The notes below the pieces were generated by a model that was not told the origin of the DNA, searched no databases, and saw only the letters and a list, made by a program, of their open reading frames with translations. 64,000 bases of DNA from Acidimicrobiia bacterium. GTDB taxonomy: Bacteria > Actinomycetota > Acidimicrobiia > Spongiisociales > Spongiisociaceae. Below, piece by piece: positions 20,836 through 30,202 of the stretch (positions within the stretch are counted from its first letter, which is position 1; every line of letters begins with the position of its first letter). Made by a program: the position numbers and the translations under genes. The stretch is from positions 24,807 to 88,806 of the forward strand of contig JBFGLM010000017.1 in the NCBI GenBank assembly GCA_041576165.1. Reading direction: 5' to 3'.

Positions 20836-21285
20836 CTACGCGACGGGCTCGGCCTCGTCGGCAGGTTTGGCCGGCCGGGACCAAACGAAATACACCGCGA
20901 ATATTCCCACGAACCCCAATATCGAGCGGATCGTGACGCTGTCCGTCAGCAGGCCGGCCGAAAGCGCCAGTGAGAGCACGATCCCGACAGTGGCCCGGAT
21001 CTTGGTGCCCCGAGTGAGGCCCCCTTCGTACCTGGCCAGCACCCGTTGCACCAGCGGGCGGCTCCGCAGCCAGGATTCGAAGCGGGGAGACGAGCGAGCG
21101 AAGAAGAACAGCGCCAGCACCACCAGATCGGCAGTCGGGATCCCCGGCAGGAACGAAAACGCGAGGCCGATCAGCGAGATCACACCCAGCAGAAAGAAGA
21201 CGGCGCGCAGCAGCGGGTTCAGTGGAGCAGCGGCGCCCTCACCGGAGGTTTCGCCGGGCACTGGGAGATCGGCAGCCGCGGTCAT
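20836..21285 (-). CDS. YbaN/DUF454-family inner-membrane protein
   Basis: LPGIPT..L..LA..FFARSSPRFESWL motif. Confidence 0.8.
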   Translation of the reverse strand: MTAAADLPVPGETSGEGAAAPLNPLLRAVFFLLGVISLIGLAFSFLPGIPTADLVVLALFFFARSSPRFESWLRSRPLVQRVLARYEGGLTRGTKIRATVGIVLSLALSAGLLTDSVTIRSILGFVGIFAVYFVWSRPAKPADEAEPVA

Positions 21286-21402
21286 GCGTCCGCACCCTAT
21301 CGGGTTGGGTTCGGACAGCTAGTCGGAAACGCCCAGAGGCGATTGAGCAGGCACGACCACGGACAGATTGCAGAGTCTCCACCTTTGGTACCCTTCTCGC
21401 CC

Positions 21403-22794
21403 ATGGCGCAGCGACCGAAGACCTGGATCGCGTCCGATCGCTTCATACCCAAGAATTTCGTGCGGCCCGTGCTCGAGTTCACACACATCGAGGCGTCGTC
21501 GGGCATAGTGCTGATGGTGGCGGCCGTGGCTGCGATGTTGTGGGCGAACCTCGCATTTTTCGGCGACAGCTACGAACAGTTCTGGGCAACCCACTTCGAC
21601 TTGACCTTCGGGCCTATACACCTCGAAGAGACGATGAAGGAGCTCGTCAATGACGGCCTCATGGCGATCTTCTTCTTCGTGGTCGGCCTCGAGATAAAAC
21701 GCGAACTCGTACTGGGCGAACTGCGCGATCGCCGTACGGCAACGCTCCCGGCCATGGCTGCACTCGGGGGAATGCTCGTGCCGGCCCTCATCTACGTGTT
21801 CATCAACGCCGGCGCAGGCGGCGAGGCGCTCAACGGGTGGGGAATCCCGATGGCCACCGACATTGCGTTCTCGCTCGGGATCCTGGCCTTGCTGGGATCG
21901 CGCGTGCCGGTGGGCGCCAAGGTGTTTCTGCTGGCACTGGCGATCGTGGACGACATCGGTGCCATAGCCGTCATCGCCATCTTCTACACCTCGGACCTCA
22001 ATCTCGGATTCCTGGCCCTCGGGCTGGGCGGGATCGTGGCCATTGCGGTAGCGACCAACATCAACATTCGTTCGAACGCGCTCTACCTTCCACTCAGCGT
22101 GTTGGTCTGGTACGCCTTCCTCGAGTCCGGAGTCCACGCGACCATTGCGGGCGTGATCATCGGTCTGCTCACCCCGGCCCGGCCGCTCTACTCGCCCGAA
22201 GAGTTCGATGCGACCGCCCGGCGGGTGCTGGACTACTACCCCACCGATTCCGCCGACCCGGGCATCAGCGAGCTGGCCGAGCATGAGGCCCGGCTGGTCG
22301 CCGACGTCGCCCGGGAGTCGATCAGTCCGCTCCAACGGGCCGCCCATGCGCTCCACAACTGGAGTTCGTTCGTGATCATTCCGATCTTCGCGCTGGCCAA
22401 CGCCGGGGTGCGACTGGTAGGTGTGGATCTGGGCGCTGCGGTTTCCTCCTCGGTGTCGGTTGGTGTCATACTTGGTCTGGTATTGGGCAAGACGGGAGGG
22501 ATCACGTTGTTTTCGTGGTTGGCAGTACGGCTGAGGTGGGGGGCCATGCCGCGTGGACTCACATGGATCCACCTCACCGGGGTGGCGATGCTGGCCGGTG
22601 TCGGGTTCACCGTTGCGCTGTTCATCGACGAGCTTGCCTTCACGGACGTGATGTTGAGAGATCAGGGCAAGATCGGCATCTTCGTGGCCTCGATCATCGC
22701 CGGCCTGTTCGGCTACGTGTTTCTCCGACTTGGGGCTCGACGCGCCTTCAGGCGGGTCGAGCAGCAGGCCTCAGAACCGGCGTCGGTCGCATGA
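21403..22794 (+). CDS. nhaA: Na+/H+ antiporter NhaA
   Basis: NDGLMAIFFFVVGLEIKRE, GWGIPMATDIAF, LAIVDDIGA, SGVHATIAGV. Confidence 0.96.
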   Translation: MAQRPKTWIASDRFIPKNFVRPVLEFTHIEASSGIVLMVAAVAAMLWANLAFFGDSYEQFWATHFDLTFGPIHLEETMKELVNDGLMAIFFFVVGLEIKRELVLGELRDRRTATLPAMAALGGMLVPALIYVFINAGAGGEALNGWGIPMATDIAFSLGILALLGSRVPVGAKVFLLALAIVDDIGAIAVIAIFYTSDLNLGFLALGLGGIVAIAVATNINIRSNALYLPLSVLVWYAFLESGVHATIAGVIIGLLTPARPLYSPEEFDATARRVLDYYPTDSADPGISELAEHEARLVADVARESISPLQRAAHALHNWSSFVIIPIFALANAGVRLVGVDLGAAVSSSVSVGVILGLVLGKTGGITLFSWLAVRLRWGAMPRGLTWIHLTGVAMLAGVGFTVALFIDELAFTDVMLRDQGKIGIFVASIIAGLFGYVFLRLGARRAFRRVEQQASEPASVA

Positions 22795-22973
22795 ACGACC
22801 GACACTCCGGAGTCGAGCGCGAGATGCGATGCGTTGACTGCGGCGGAACGGCGCATCTCATCACGCCGCTGCCGCCGGACGACGACGTGTACCCGGGTGA
22901 CGTCCTGGTCTACCGCTGCACCGACTGCCTCGAGCGATTCGATGTCGTATATGAGCCGGGCGGCGACTCATGA
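22791..22973 (+). CDS. Small zinc-ribbon-like protein (60 aa)
   Basis: CVDC...CTDC; ATGA overlap with the nhaA stop. Confidence 0.7.
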   Translation: MNDRHSGVEREMRCVDCGGTAHLITPLPPDDDVYPGDVLVYRCTDCLERFDVVYEPGGDS

Positions 22974-22998
22974 CCTGGACGGGCCCGGCCGGCACCCA

Positions 22999-23364
22999 TC
23001 AATAGCGATCCGATGCCTCCCGGCGCGCCGAGGGGCGATCCTTCAGCCGGGCCAGTTCGATCGTCTCAAGGGTGCCGCAGGCGCAGCGATAGGTTGCCGT
23101 CCCACCGTTGATGGTCAGCTCCCGATGACCCACCACGACCGGAATCCCGTACTCGTCGCAGGCCGTGGTCAGCGGCGCGGCCGCCAGCTCGTCCGGGGTG
23201 GGCGCCAGACGGCGGCGCAACTCGTGGACCTCGGTGCGGGCGTCCTCGAGCGCCATGCGGCTCCTGGCCAGCTCCGGAATCGCGCACCGTTGTTCACGAT
23301 TCTCCTGATGGGAGCGCCACGCGTAGAGCAAATTGGCAACAGCAGTTTCGAGCACCGGATGCAC
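22999..23364 (-). CDS. Hypothetical protein
   Basis: Helical N-terminal half and C-terminal C...CAC; leaderless GTG at 23364 behind TACTTT. Confidence 0.6.
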   Translation of the reverse strand: MHPVLETAVANLLYAWRSHQENREQRCAIPELARSRMALEDARTEVHELRRRLAPTPDELAAAPLTTACDEYGIPVVVGHRELTINGGTATYRCACGTLETIELARLKDRPSARREASDRY

Positions 23365-23450
23365 GCTGCGCAAAGTATCAGACGCTTCTGGCTGGGGCCA
23401 GCCCGGCGTGCGTCTTGACACCAGCTTTACGTCGGTTGCGAAAGATTCGC

Positions 23451-23478
23451 GGAACCGTTCGTAAACCTCGAGCGTCTA
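23451..23478 (+). promoter_or_regulatory. ECF-sigma promoter (probably autoregulatory)
   Basis: GGAACC-16 nt-CGTCTA immediately upstream of the SigE-like gene. Confidence 0.6.
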
Positions 23479-23493
23479 AGCGGCGAGGTAACC

Positions 23494-24072
23494 ATGATGC
23501 CCATGCCAGTAGAGATCGATGAGGGCAGAGTCGCAACGCTCCCCCGCCCGGTGGTCGACGCGCCAGCGCAGGCAGTTCCGGAGTGGGAAGACGTCGCTCG
23601 CCAGCATGGACGCACGATCTACAACTTCGCGTACCGGCTGTCCGGGGATCCCGACGACGCCAGCGACCTGACCCAGGAAGTCTTGCTCCGGGTCCGCCGC
23701 GGCCTGGAGACCTACCGGCCGATCACATTCGAAGGCTGGCTGTGGCGTATCACCCGCAATGCGTTCCTCGACGAGGTCCGACGGCGTCAGCGCCGCCAAA
23801 CCACACCGCTGCCCGAAGGATTCGAAACCATCATCGGGATATCATCGCCGGCACCCGACCAGACGCTGGCCTCCTACGGCCTTTCCGACGATGTACAGGC
23901 GGCGCTCATGAAGCTGCCCTACGAATTCCGCGAGTCGGTGGTCTTGTGCGATGTGGTGGGCCTCTCTTACGTCGAGGTAGCCGATGTCGTCGACGTGCCT
24001 GTCGGCACTGTGCGCAGCCGCATTCACCGCGGCCGCAAGCTGCTGCGCAAGATGTTCCCTGAGGCGGCGTAA
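23494..24072 (+). CDS. ECF sigma factor, SigE-like
   Basis: PEWEDVARQH, AYRLSG, FEGWLWRITRNAFLD, VVLCDVVGLSY, GTVRSRIHRGR. Confidence 0.9.
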   Translation: MMPMPVEIDEGRVATLPRPVVDAPAQAVPEWEDVARQHGRTIYNFAYRLSGDPDDASDLTQEVLLRVRRGLETYRPITFEGWLWRITRNAFLDEVRRRQRRQTTPLPEGFETIIGISSPAPDQTLASYGLSDDVQAALMKLPYEFRESVVLCDVVGLSYVEVADVVDVPVGTVRSRIHRGRKLLRKMFPEAA

Positions 24073-24083
24073 GGCCCCGGCGC

Positions 24084-24533
24084 TCAGCCCTTGGCGATCT
24101 CTCTGTCCATCAGGCGTTGTTCGAGCATGCCGCCCCGGCCCGAGAATGCATATGAGGCGTGCATGCCCACCAACATGCCCCACCCGATTGCTGGGAAATA
24201 GAACCAGTCGACGCCAGATCCCGACAGCACGTCGATGCCGGCCAGACCGGCTGTGACCGCGGCATAGGTGCCGGCATGGCGGAACCACAGGAGCTTGCGG
24301 CGAACCCGCCGCCGCACTGACTTCAGGTCCCGCTCGGAGGTGGCGATGGCCTGGGCCAGGGCCTCGGGTGAGACCTTTAGCTCGCTGGCAATCTCCCGCA
24401 GTTGCTGCACGCTGACGTCGCCGGCACCCTCCTTGTCGTCGGCCAGCTGCTGAAGCCGGGTGGCCGACCTGATCACCTCGCCCACTTCGTCATAGGTGAA
24501 AGTCTGTTTGGGTTTCCGAATCCGGCCGGCCAT
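24084..24533 (-). CDS. 2TM-domain membrane protein
   Basis: H...Y..V...L..ID......WF.FP..GWG..V..HA pattern; ATG at 24533 behind TATCAT. Confidence 0.75.
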   Translation of the reverse strand: MAGRIRKPKQTFTYDEVGEVIRSATRLQQLADDKEGAGDVSVQQLREIASELKVSPEALAQAIATSERDLKSVRRRVRRKLLWFRHAGTYAAVTAGLAGIDVLSGSGVDWFYFPAIGWGMLVGMHASYAFSGRGGMLEQRLMDREIAKG

Positions 24534-24622
24534 GCGGTCATGATACGCGGCCCACTGGTACGGGCAGCCGGGTAGCGTGATGATCGCCGGAGATCGCATC
24601 CGGCCGCGACCGAAAGGCGGAA

Positions 24623-26104
24623 ATGTTCGACAGCATCTTCAGCGGTCTGGCACTCGCGGTGTTCGTGCTGGGCGTGGTGGGGGCGATCTACCTGCTCGCG
24701 CGTTTCTTCTACAAGAAAGCGGGGCCGGACGAGGCTCTGATCGTGTACGGGCGGGGTGGCCGGGTGCGGAAGGCCAAACCGGACGGCACACCCGCCAAGC
24801 AGGGGTTTCGGATCGTCCACGGCGGGGGAACGATCGTCCTCCCGGCCTGGGAGGGGTTCGAGCGGCTCAGCCTGAAGGTCATGACGCTCGACATCCTGTT
24901 GCAGGACGTCTACACGGTCCAGGGAATCCCCATAACCGTTCGGGCGGTAGCCCAGGTCAAGGTCAAGAGCAATCCCGAAGCGATCGCGCGCGCAGCGGAG
25001 GGCTTCCTGGGACTGGAATCCGAGCAGATCCGGGCGACCATTCGAGAGACGGTGGCCGGTCACTTGCGCGGCATAGTCGGAACGTTGACGGTCGAGGAGC
25101 TCTATCGCGACCGGGCCCAGTTCCAGCAGGCGGTCCGCAACGAAGCAGAAGAGGACATCGAGGGCATGGGCTTCGAGTTCAAGTCCCTGGTATTTCAGGA
25201 GATCCAGGATGATCAGGGCTACCTGGACGCGCTGGGCCAGCCCAAGATCCAGGAGGCCCTCAAGCATGCCCGCATCGCCCGGGCCAACGCCGACCGGGAC
25301 GCAGCGCTCGAGGAGGAGCATGCGCGCCAGGTCAAGGAACAGAAGCGGATCGGCGTCGAAACAGAGATCGCCGAATCGGACAAGTCGCTCAGCCTGAAAC
25401 GGGCGGCCATCCAGGAAGAGGTAGATGTGGCCCAGGCTCAGGCCTCGAAGGCGGGCGAGCTAGAGGTCAAGGTCCAGGACATTGAGATCGCCACCAGGGA
25501 GGTCGACCGCCAGAAGCTCGAGCTGAGCGCCACGATTCGGGAGAAGGCCGACGCCGACCAGTACGAGCGGGAGCGGCAGGCCGATGCCGCGCTGTACGAG
25601 CGCAGCAAGCGGGCGGAGGCCGATCGCTTTGAGATCGAGCAGAAGGCAGAGGCAGATCGCAAACGCCGCGAGGAGCAAGCGGAGGCGCTGCGGGCCGAGG
25701 GCCTGGCGGAGGCGGCCGCCGAGTCCGCCAAGAACCGTGACATCGGCCTTGCCCAGGCGGAAGCCATCCAGGCCAAGGGTGAAGCCGAAGCCGTGGCTCG
25801 CCGCAAGCTGGCGGAGGCGCTGAAGCTGTACAACGAAGCCGGGCTCTCAATCGAGGCGCTCAAGGTATTGCCGGAGATCGCGGCGGCGGTCTCCGAGCCG
25901 CTCGCCCGGGCCGGGACGACGACGATCATCTCCAACGCGGGCGCCAACGGGTCTGGAACCGGCGCGTCCAAGTTGACTGAAGATGTGGTGGCGGCGCTGA
26001 GCCAGCTCGGGCCGATCATGCAGCAGCTGGCCGGCGTCGATCTGAACGCCTTCCTGCAGGGAGTGGCCCAGGTTCCCGGCAAGCTGACCGCAACCGACGA
26101 ATAG
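24623..26104 (+). CDS. Flotillin-like SPFH protein
   Basis: N-terminal TM, PDEALIVYG, GHLRGIVGTLTVEE, GYLDALG, AEA-rich coiled coil. Confidence 0.93.
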   Translation: MFDSIFSGLALAVFVLGVVGAIYLLARFFYKKAGPDEALIVYGRGGRVRKAKPDGTPAKQGFRIVHGGGTIVLPAWEGFERLSLKVMTLDILLQDVYTVQGIPITVRAVAQVKVKSNPEAIARAAEGFLGLESEQIRATIRETVAGHLRGIVGTLTVEELYRDRAQFQQAVRNEAEEDIEGMGFEFKSLVFQEIQDDQGYLDALGQPKIQEALKHARIARANADRDAALEEEHARQVKEQKRIGVETEIAESDKSLSLKRAAIQEEVDVAQAQASKAGELEVKVQDIEIATREVDRQKLELSATIREKADADQYERERQADAALYERSKRAEADRFEIEQKAEADRKRREEQAEALRAEGLAEAAAESAKNRDIGLAQAEAIQAKGEAEAVARRKLAEALKLYNEAGLSIEALKVLPEIAAAVSEPLARAGTTTIISNAGANGSGTGASKLTEDVVAALSQLGPIMQQLAGVDLNAFLQGVAQVPGKLTATDE

Positions 26105-26169
26105 GCAAGTGGTCGACATCACCGCAGCCTCGAGCCGGCACCGGGCCCTGACGCGGCCTGGTCTCTGAC

Positions 26170-27264
26170 GTGGCGCTGGCCGAAGACGTCCTCGGTATCC
26201 TCGACGAGCTGCGCCGCACCGACGGCAAGCTGAAACGGGCCCGCATAATCGGCCGCCTCTGGTCGGCGGCGCGCAAGCTGCCGGGCGAAGAACGCAAGCA
26301 GCTGGCCGCCATCCTCGCCGACAGGTATGCGCCGGCGCTCGTCGCCAAGTTGGACGCCGGAGATGAGGTGCAGTCAAACGAGCTGCTCGGAATGATCCGT
26401 GCGGTCGGCTCGGTCGACGCAGATGAGATCACCGAAATCATGGAAAGGCTCAGCCACCCCGAAGAACGACGCCAGTTGCTCACTCAGGTGGCGGAGAGCC
26501 TGCAGGACGACATCGCCGACGCCGACATCGAGCAGTTGGTCGACGACCCGGCCGCCGCCACGGCCGCCCTTGCCGCGGCTGCCCACGAACTCGCAGGCGA
26601 TCTCGACGTCGTGCGCGACGAGCCCGATCGAGCGGACGAAGCCCCACCCGAAGCCCTGGCGCCGATCGAGCGAGCCGAACTCGGGGCCCCAGAGGTACCG
26701 GACGGGGATTCCGGGAAACCAGCGGACGCAACCGACGACACGGACGAGCCGGCGACCGCCCCCGAACCCGAGGCCGTCGCGGTGCATTCCGAGGCCAGCG
26801 AGGAAAACACGGCGGAGGAGGCGCCGCCAGCGCCTCACCCGGATACTGGAGCACCGATCGCCACGGCAGAGACCGGACCGATCCCGGGCGCGGCCGCGAT
26901 GCCCGACGGATCAGCGATCACCGCGGAGGAGTTGGAGTCGATCCCATCCCCCGTGGCGCGGCTCCGGACCTTGTCCCTCCGGCTGGAAGAGCTGTCGGGC
27001 CCTTTTGACGGGCCTCCGCTGGCCGCATCGTTTCCTGACGGCTGGCAGCGGCGCCGGGCAGTCGCAGCCATGTGTCGCTCGTTGCCGCCCGGCGAGATCA
27101 GCGAGGCCGCAGCGATCATCGTGACTTTGACCGCACCGATGCAGCGGCGCTGGGTGGTTCGCACGCTGGTCGATCTGTGGGATCTCTCGGCGGAAGAGGT
27201 CGCCCGGCTGGCAGCGGCGACCGACCTGCCCGCGTCGGCCGTCCGACTCGCGCCCCTAGGCTGA
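26170..27264 (+). CDS. Hypothetical protein with acidic Pro/Ala linker
   Basis: Long ORF co-oriented between flotillin and the TPM gene; helical termini. Confidence 0.7.
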   Translation: MALAEDVLGILDELRRTDGKLKRARIIGRLWSAARKLPGEERKQLAAILADRYAPALVAKLDAGDEVQSNELLGMIRAVGSVDADEITEIMERLSHPEERRQLLTQVAESLQDDIADADIEQLVDDPAAATAALAAAAHELAGDLDVVRDEPDRADEAPPEALAPIERAELGAPEVPDGDSGKPADATDDTDEPATAPEPEAVAVHSEASEENTAEEAPPAPHPDTGAPIATAETGPIPGAAAMPDGSAITAEELESIPSPVARLRTLSLRLEELSGPFDGPPLAASFPDGWQRRRAVAAMCRSLPPGEISEAAAIIVTLTAPMQRRWVVRTLVDLWDLSAEEVARLAAATDLPASAVRLAPLG

Positions 27265-27285
27265 CACTTTCAACCTAGGTGCACG

Positions 27286-29592
27286 ATGATCAAACGTTTC
27301 CTACTGCTCGCCTCGGTGTCGACGCTCGCGCTGTCGCCGGCGAGCGTGCTCGCTCAACCCGACACGGGAGAACTCGCTGCGTGTCCTGAAGTCGATGGGA
27401 TCACCTGCGATGCCTGGGTCACCGATGCGGCGGGCGTCATCCGCAACGAAGAGGTCGTAGAGTCCGCCGTAGGGGCCTTCGTCGACGAGTCCGGCCACCA
27501 GACCGCCGTTGTGATCGTGTCCAGCAGCGATTCCAACCCGCGCGACCTTGCAAACGAAATCGGCAACCGGTGGGGAGTCGGGGACGCTGAGCGAGACGAC
27601 GGGATCGTGGTGCTGGTGGCGCTGGCAGAACGCCGCACCGAGATCGTCACCGGCCCGGGGGTGGAACTGAGCGATGGTGAGCTGAGCGCAATCGCGGCAC
27701 TGGCCAACCCCCATTTCGCCGACGGCGACTTCGATCGAGGAATCTTCGCCATCATCGACGGGCTGGCCGACACCCTGGGCGTCGGAACCACGGCCGACAC
27801 CGGCCGCACCGGTGCCGCTCCCGACCCTGAGCCGCAATCTGACACCGGCTCCGTCCCCGCCGGCCTCTTGACGGCAGCCATCGTCACCGGGGGCCTGGTT
27901 ATCGGCGGCGCCGGCCTCTACAACAGCCGGGTGAGCCGCCGGGGACGCCTGCAACGACGCCGCCGCGAGGCCGTCGACGCAGAACTGGATCGGCTGCGTC
28001 CGGCCGGCCACGAGCTGGCGCTGGCGGAGGAGTACTTCCTGCCGAGGCCCGAGGGAGCCGGGGCGGTTACATCGGGCGAGGCCGTGATGGCGCTCGGCGA
28101 CCTGCGCGACGGCCGGCAGGTCGATGATCTCGACGAGGAAGTGCTGATGGCGCTGTGGGTCGAGGGCGCCATCGAGGTGGTGGACGCTCCGCGGCTCGAA
28201 GAGCTGGCGACCATGCCCCTGGAACTTGCCATCACCGGTGAGCACGACGTCCTCGAGGAAGCGGTTCAAGAACGCGCCCGTACGGCAATCGACATCAAGG
28301 ACGATCAACAGTTTGAAGTCGCGATGCAGGAGCTCACCCGCCTGGTCGAAACGCTGCGCCCCTACCGGGTGGCCGAGGCTCGCCAGGAAGCGGCCCGCAA
28401 CATGCAGGCCCAGATGAGGGAAACCCGGATCGGGCCCACCGTGGTCACCGACCTCGGAACACGTCTACTGGAGGCCGCCCCGGTGATCGAGGCGGCCGAG
28501 CCGTTCGACGCCGCCGTCGACTCGCTCGAAGCGGCGTACGCGACAGCGCAACGGAAAACCGAGAGGCTCGAGTCGCTGTACCAGAAGTTGCCGGAGGGCA
28601 CCGCCCGCCCGGCGGTGGCGGCCGCGCTGGCCGACCTGGACGATGACCCGCAGGCATCTGTCGAGCGATATGAGCAGATTCGGGCCGAGCTCGCCGAAAA
28701 GGGCGGTTCGCTGCGCCAGGACGGCCTCGAAACGGACGCCATTGCCGCCTTTCTGTTGATGAACAACGACGCCGCCGACGTCGACGAGTTCCTCGATGTC
28801 TACCGGGAGGGACGCAAGCTGCACGAACCGGTGGTCGCGGTCGAATTCGCTCTCGCCGGCCTGAAGTCCCCGGCCGAGGTCAAATGGGTGCAGGAGAACG
28901 CCGACGACCTCGGACTGCCGATCACGATCACTGCGGCCTTGCTCAAGAAAGGCGAGCGCTCGATCGACGCGTATCAGTCCTTGCTCGGTGCGCTGAGCCA
29001 GCACGGCATCACCGGCGATACCCGCCAAACGATCGCCGGGGTGCTGGCCCTTTCCTTGGAACCTGCTCAGGCCGAGCGGCGCTGGATCGAGGCCCGGGAT
29101 GCCCTCGCCGCCCTGGGTCTCGAGGGCAGTTACGCCGACATCGCCGCGGCGTTTGGCGCCTCTGACCCTCGCGGCCCCCAGCAGTTCGCCCTCTCCTACG
29201 CGGCGACTCGCCAGGCGCTTGCCCGGTCTTCAGTCGACGACGCCGATCGATTTGCGCCGGAACTGGCTCACGAGGGCACGTCCCGCCAAGAGGACACGTG
29301 GACGGGCCAGCCCATCCCGCCGGGATTGGGCTACTTCGATCCGTTCACCTTGCTATTCCATCACTGGATCATCACCCGCGGCACGATCGGAGCCCTCGGA
29401 TGGCGCCCGGTGTACACGGACCGCAGCTGGTCCGGGTCGCGCGATAGCTGGTTCGGGGGCGGGGGCGGATTCGGCGGTTTTGGCTCCGGCGGGGGCGGCA
29501 GCTCCTGGGGTGGCGGCTTCGGCGGTGGATTCGGCGGCTTCGGCGGCGGGGGCGGCTTCGGCGGCGGTGGGGGCGGCGGCTCCGGCTGGTGA
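27286..29592 (+). CDS. TPM-domain membrane protein with large cytoplasmic region and Gly-rich tail
   Basis: Signal peptide, VTDAAGVI...WGVGD..RDDGIVVLVA..ERR TPM motif, TM helix, GGGFGGFGGGGG..GW tail. Confidence 0.85.
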   Translation: MIKRFLLLASVSTLALSPASVLAQPDTGELAACPEVDGITCDAWVTDAAGVIRNEEVVESAVGAFVDESGHQTAVVIVSSSDSNPRDLANEIGNRWGVGDAERDDGIVVLVALAERRTEIVTGPGVELSDGELSAIAALANPHFADGDFDRGIFAIIDGLADTLGVGTTADTGRTGAAPDPEPQSDTGSVPAGLLTAAIVTGGLVIGGAGLYNSRVSRRGRLQRRRREAVDAELDRLRPAGHELALAEEYFLPRPEGAGAVTSGEAVMALGDLRDGRQVDDLDEEVLMALWVEGAIEVVDAPRLEELATMPLELAITGEHDVLEEAVQERARTAIDIKDDQQFEVAMQELTRLVETLRPYRVAEARQEAARNMQAQMRETRIGPTVVTDLGTRLLEAAPVIEAAEPFDAAVDSLEAAYATAQRKTERLESLYQKLPEGTARPAVAAALADLDDDPQASVERYEQIRAELAEKGGSLRQDGLETDAIAAFLLMNNDAADVDEFLDVYREGRKLHEPVVAVEFALAGLKSPAEVKWVQENADDLGLPITITAALLKKGERSIDAYQSLLGALSQHGITGDTRQTIAGVLALSLEPAQAERRWIEARDALAALGLEGSYADIAAAFGASDPRGPQQFALSYAATRQALARSSVDDADRFAPELAHEGTSRQEDTWTGQPIPPGLGYFDPFTLLFHHWIITRGTIGALGWRPVYTDRSWSGSRDSWFGGGGGFGGFGSGGGGSSWGGGFGGGFGGFGGGGGFGGGGGGGSGW

Positions 29593-29694
29593 TGCCCCCC
29601 CACGCGAAAAAGACTGCCGGGTACACGACGCTCTGCCGCTGATGCGGAATCGACGCGTAGGGTCCCGGGTTGCTAGACCCGTCCGAGGGAGCTC

Positions 29695-30102
29695 ATGTTT
29701 CGCCGCAGCAAACGTGTAAAAGCGACTCGCGTCGAGTCGATGGACGAGATCACCGAGATGGCCGCGTCGGGTCGCCCTGTCCTGGTCGACTTCATGCAGC
29801 CCGGCTGCGCCCCGTGCCGGGTGATGGACGGCATCGTCGATGAGCTGGCCGACGAGTTCCAGGATTCTGCCCATGTCGTGAAGGTCAACCTCCGCGAGCT
29901 CCCGGCCGCAGCCCACACGTTCAAGGTCAAATCCACTCCGACGTTCGTACTACTGGCGGTGTCGCCCAAGGCCAGAAAGAAGGCCGCGGCCGTCGGAGGC
30001 GTGCCGGCGGCAACCCAGCGGTGGCGCGCGACCGGGCTGGTCAAGAAGGACGCCCTGCGCAAGGCTATCGAGTCCAACGGAGCATCGGCGGCCTCCGCGT
30101 AA
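29695..30102 (+). CDS. Thioredoxin-family protein
   Basis: PVLVDF...CAPC, VVKVN, V.STPT. Confidence 0.88.
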   Translation: MFRRSKRVKATRVESMDEITEMAASGRPVLVDFMQPGCAPCRVMDGIVDELADEFQDSAHVVKVNLRELPAAAHTFKVKSTPTFVLLAVSPKARKKAAAVGGVPAATQRWRATGLVKKDALRKAIESNGASAASA

Positions 30103-30174
30103 CGCGGGCGAAACCGAGCCGTGCCGGAAACGCAACCCGGCGGTAAAGGCCGCGAAATCTGCCCGCCGTACTTT
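30099..30174 (+). promoter_or_regulatory. GlnR-box-like array and -10 of amtB
   Basis: GTAAC-n6-GAAAC at 30099-30114, continuing at 11-bp period (GCAAC 30132, GTAAA 30143, GAAAT 30154); TACTTT at 30169-30174. Confidence 0.7.
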
Positions 30175-30202
30175 CCCTCCAACTCACTAGAGGGAGATTG
30201 AA

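Noticed and set aside
29455-29590. GGC-rich simple repeat
   Set aside because: Explained by the Gly-rich C-terminal tail typical of TPM proteins.
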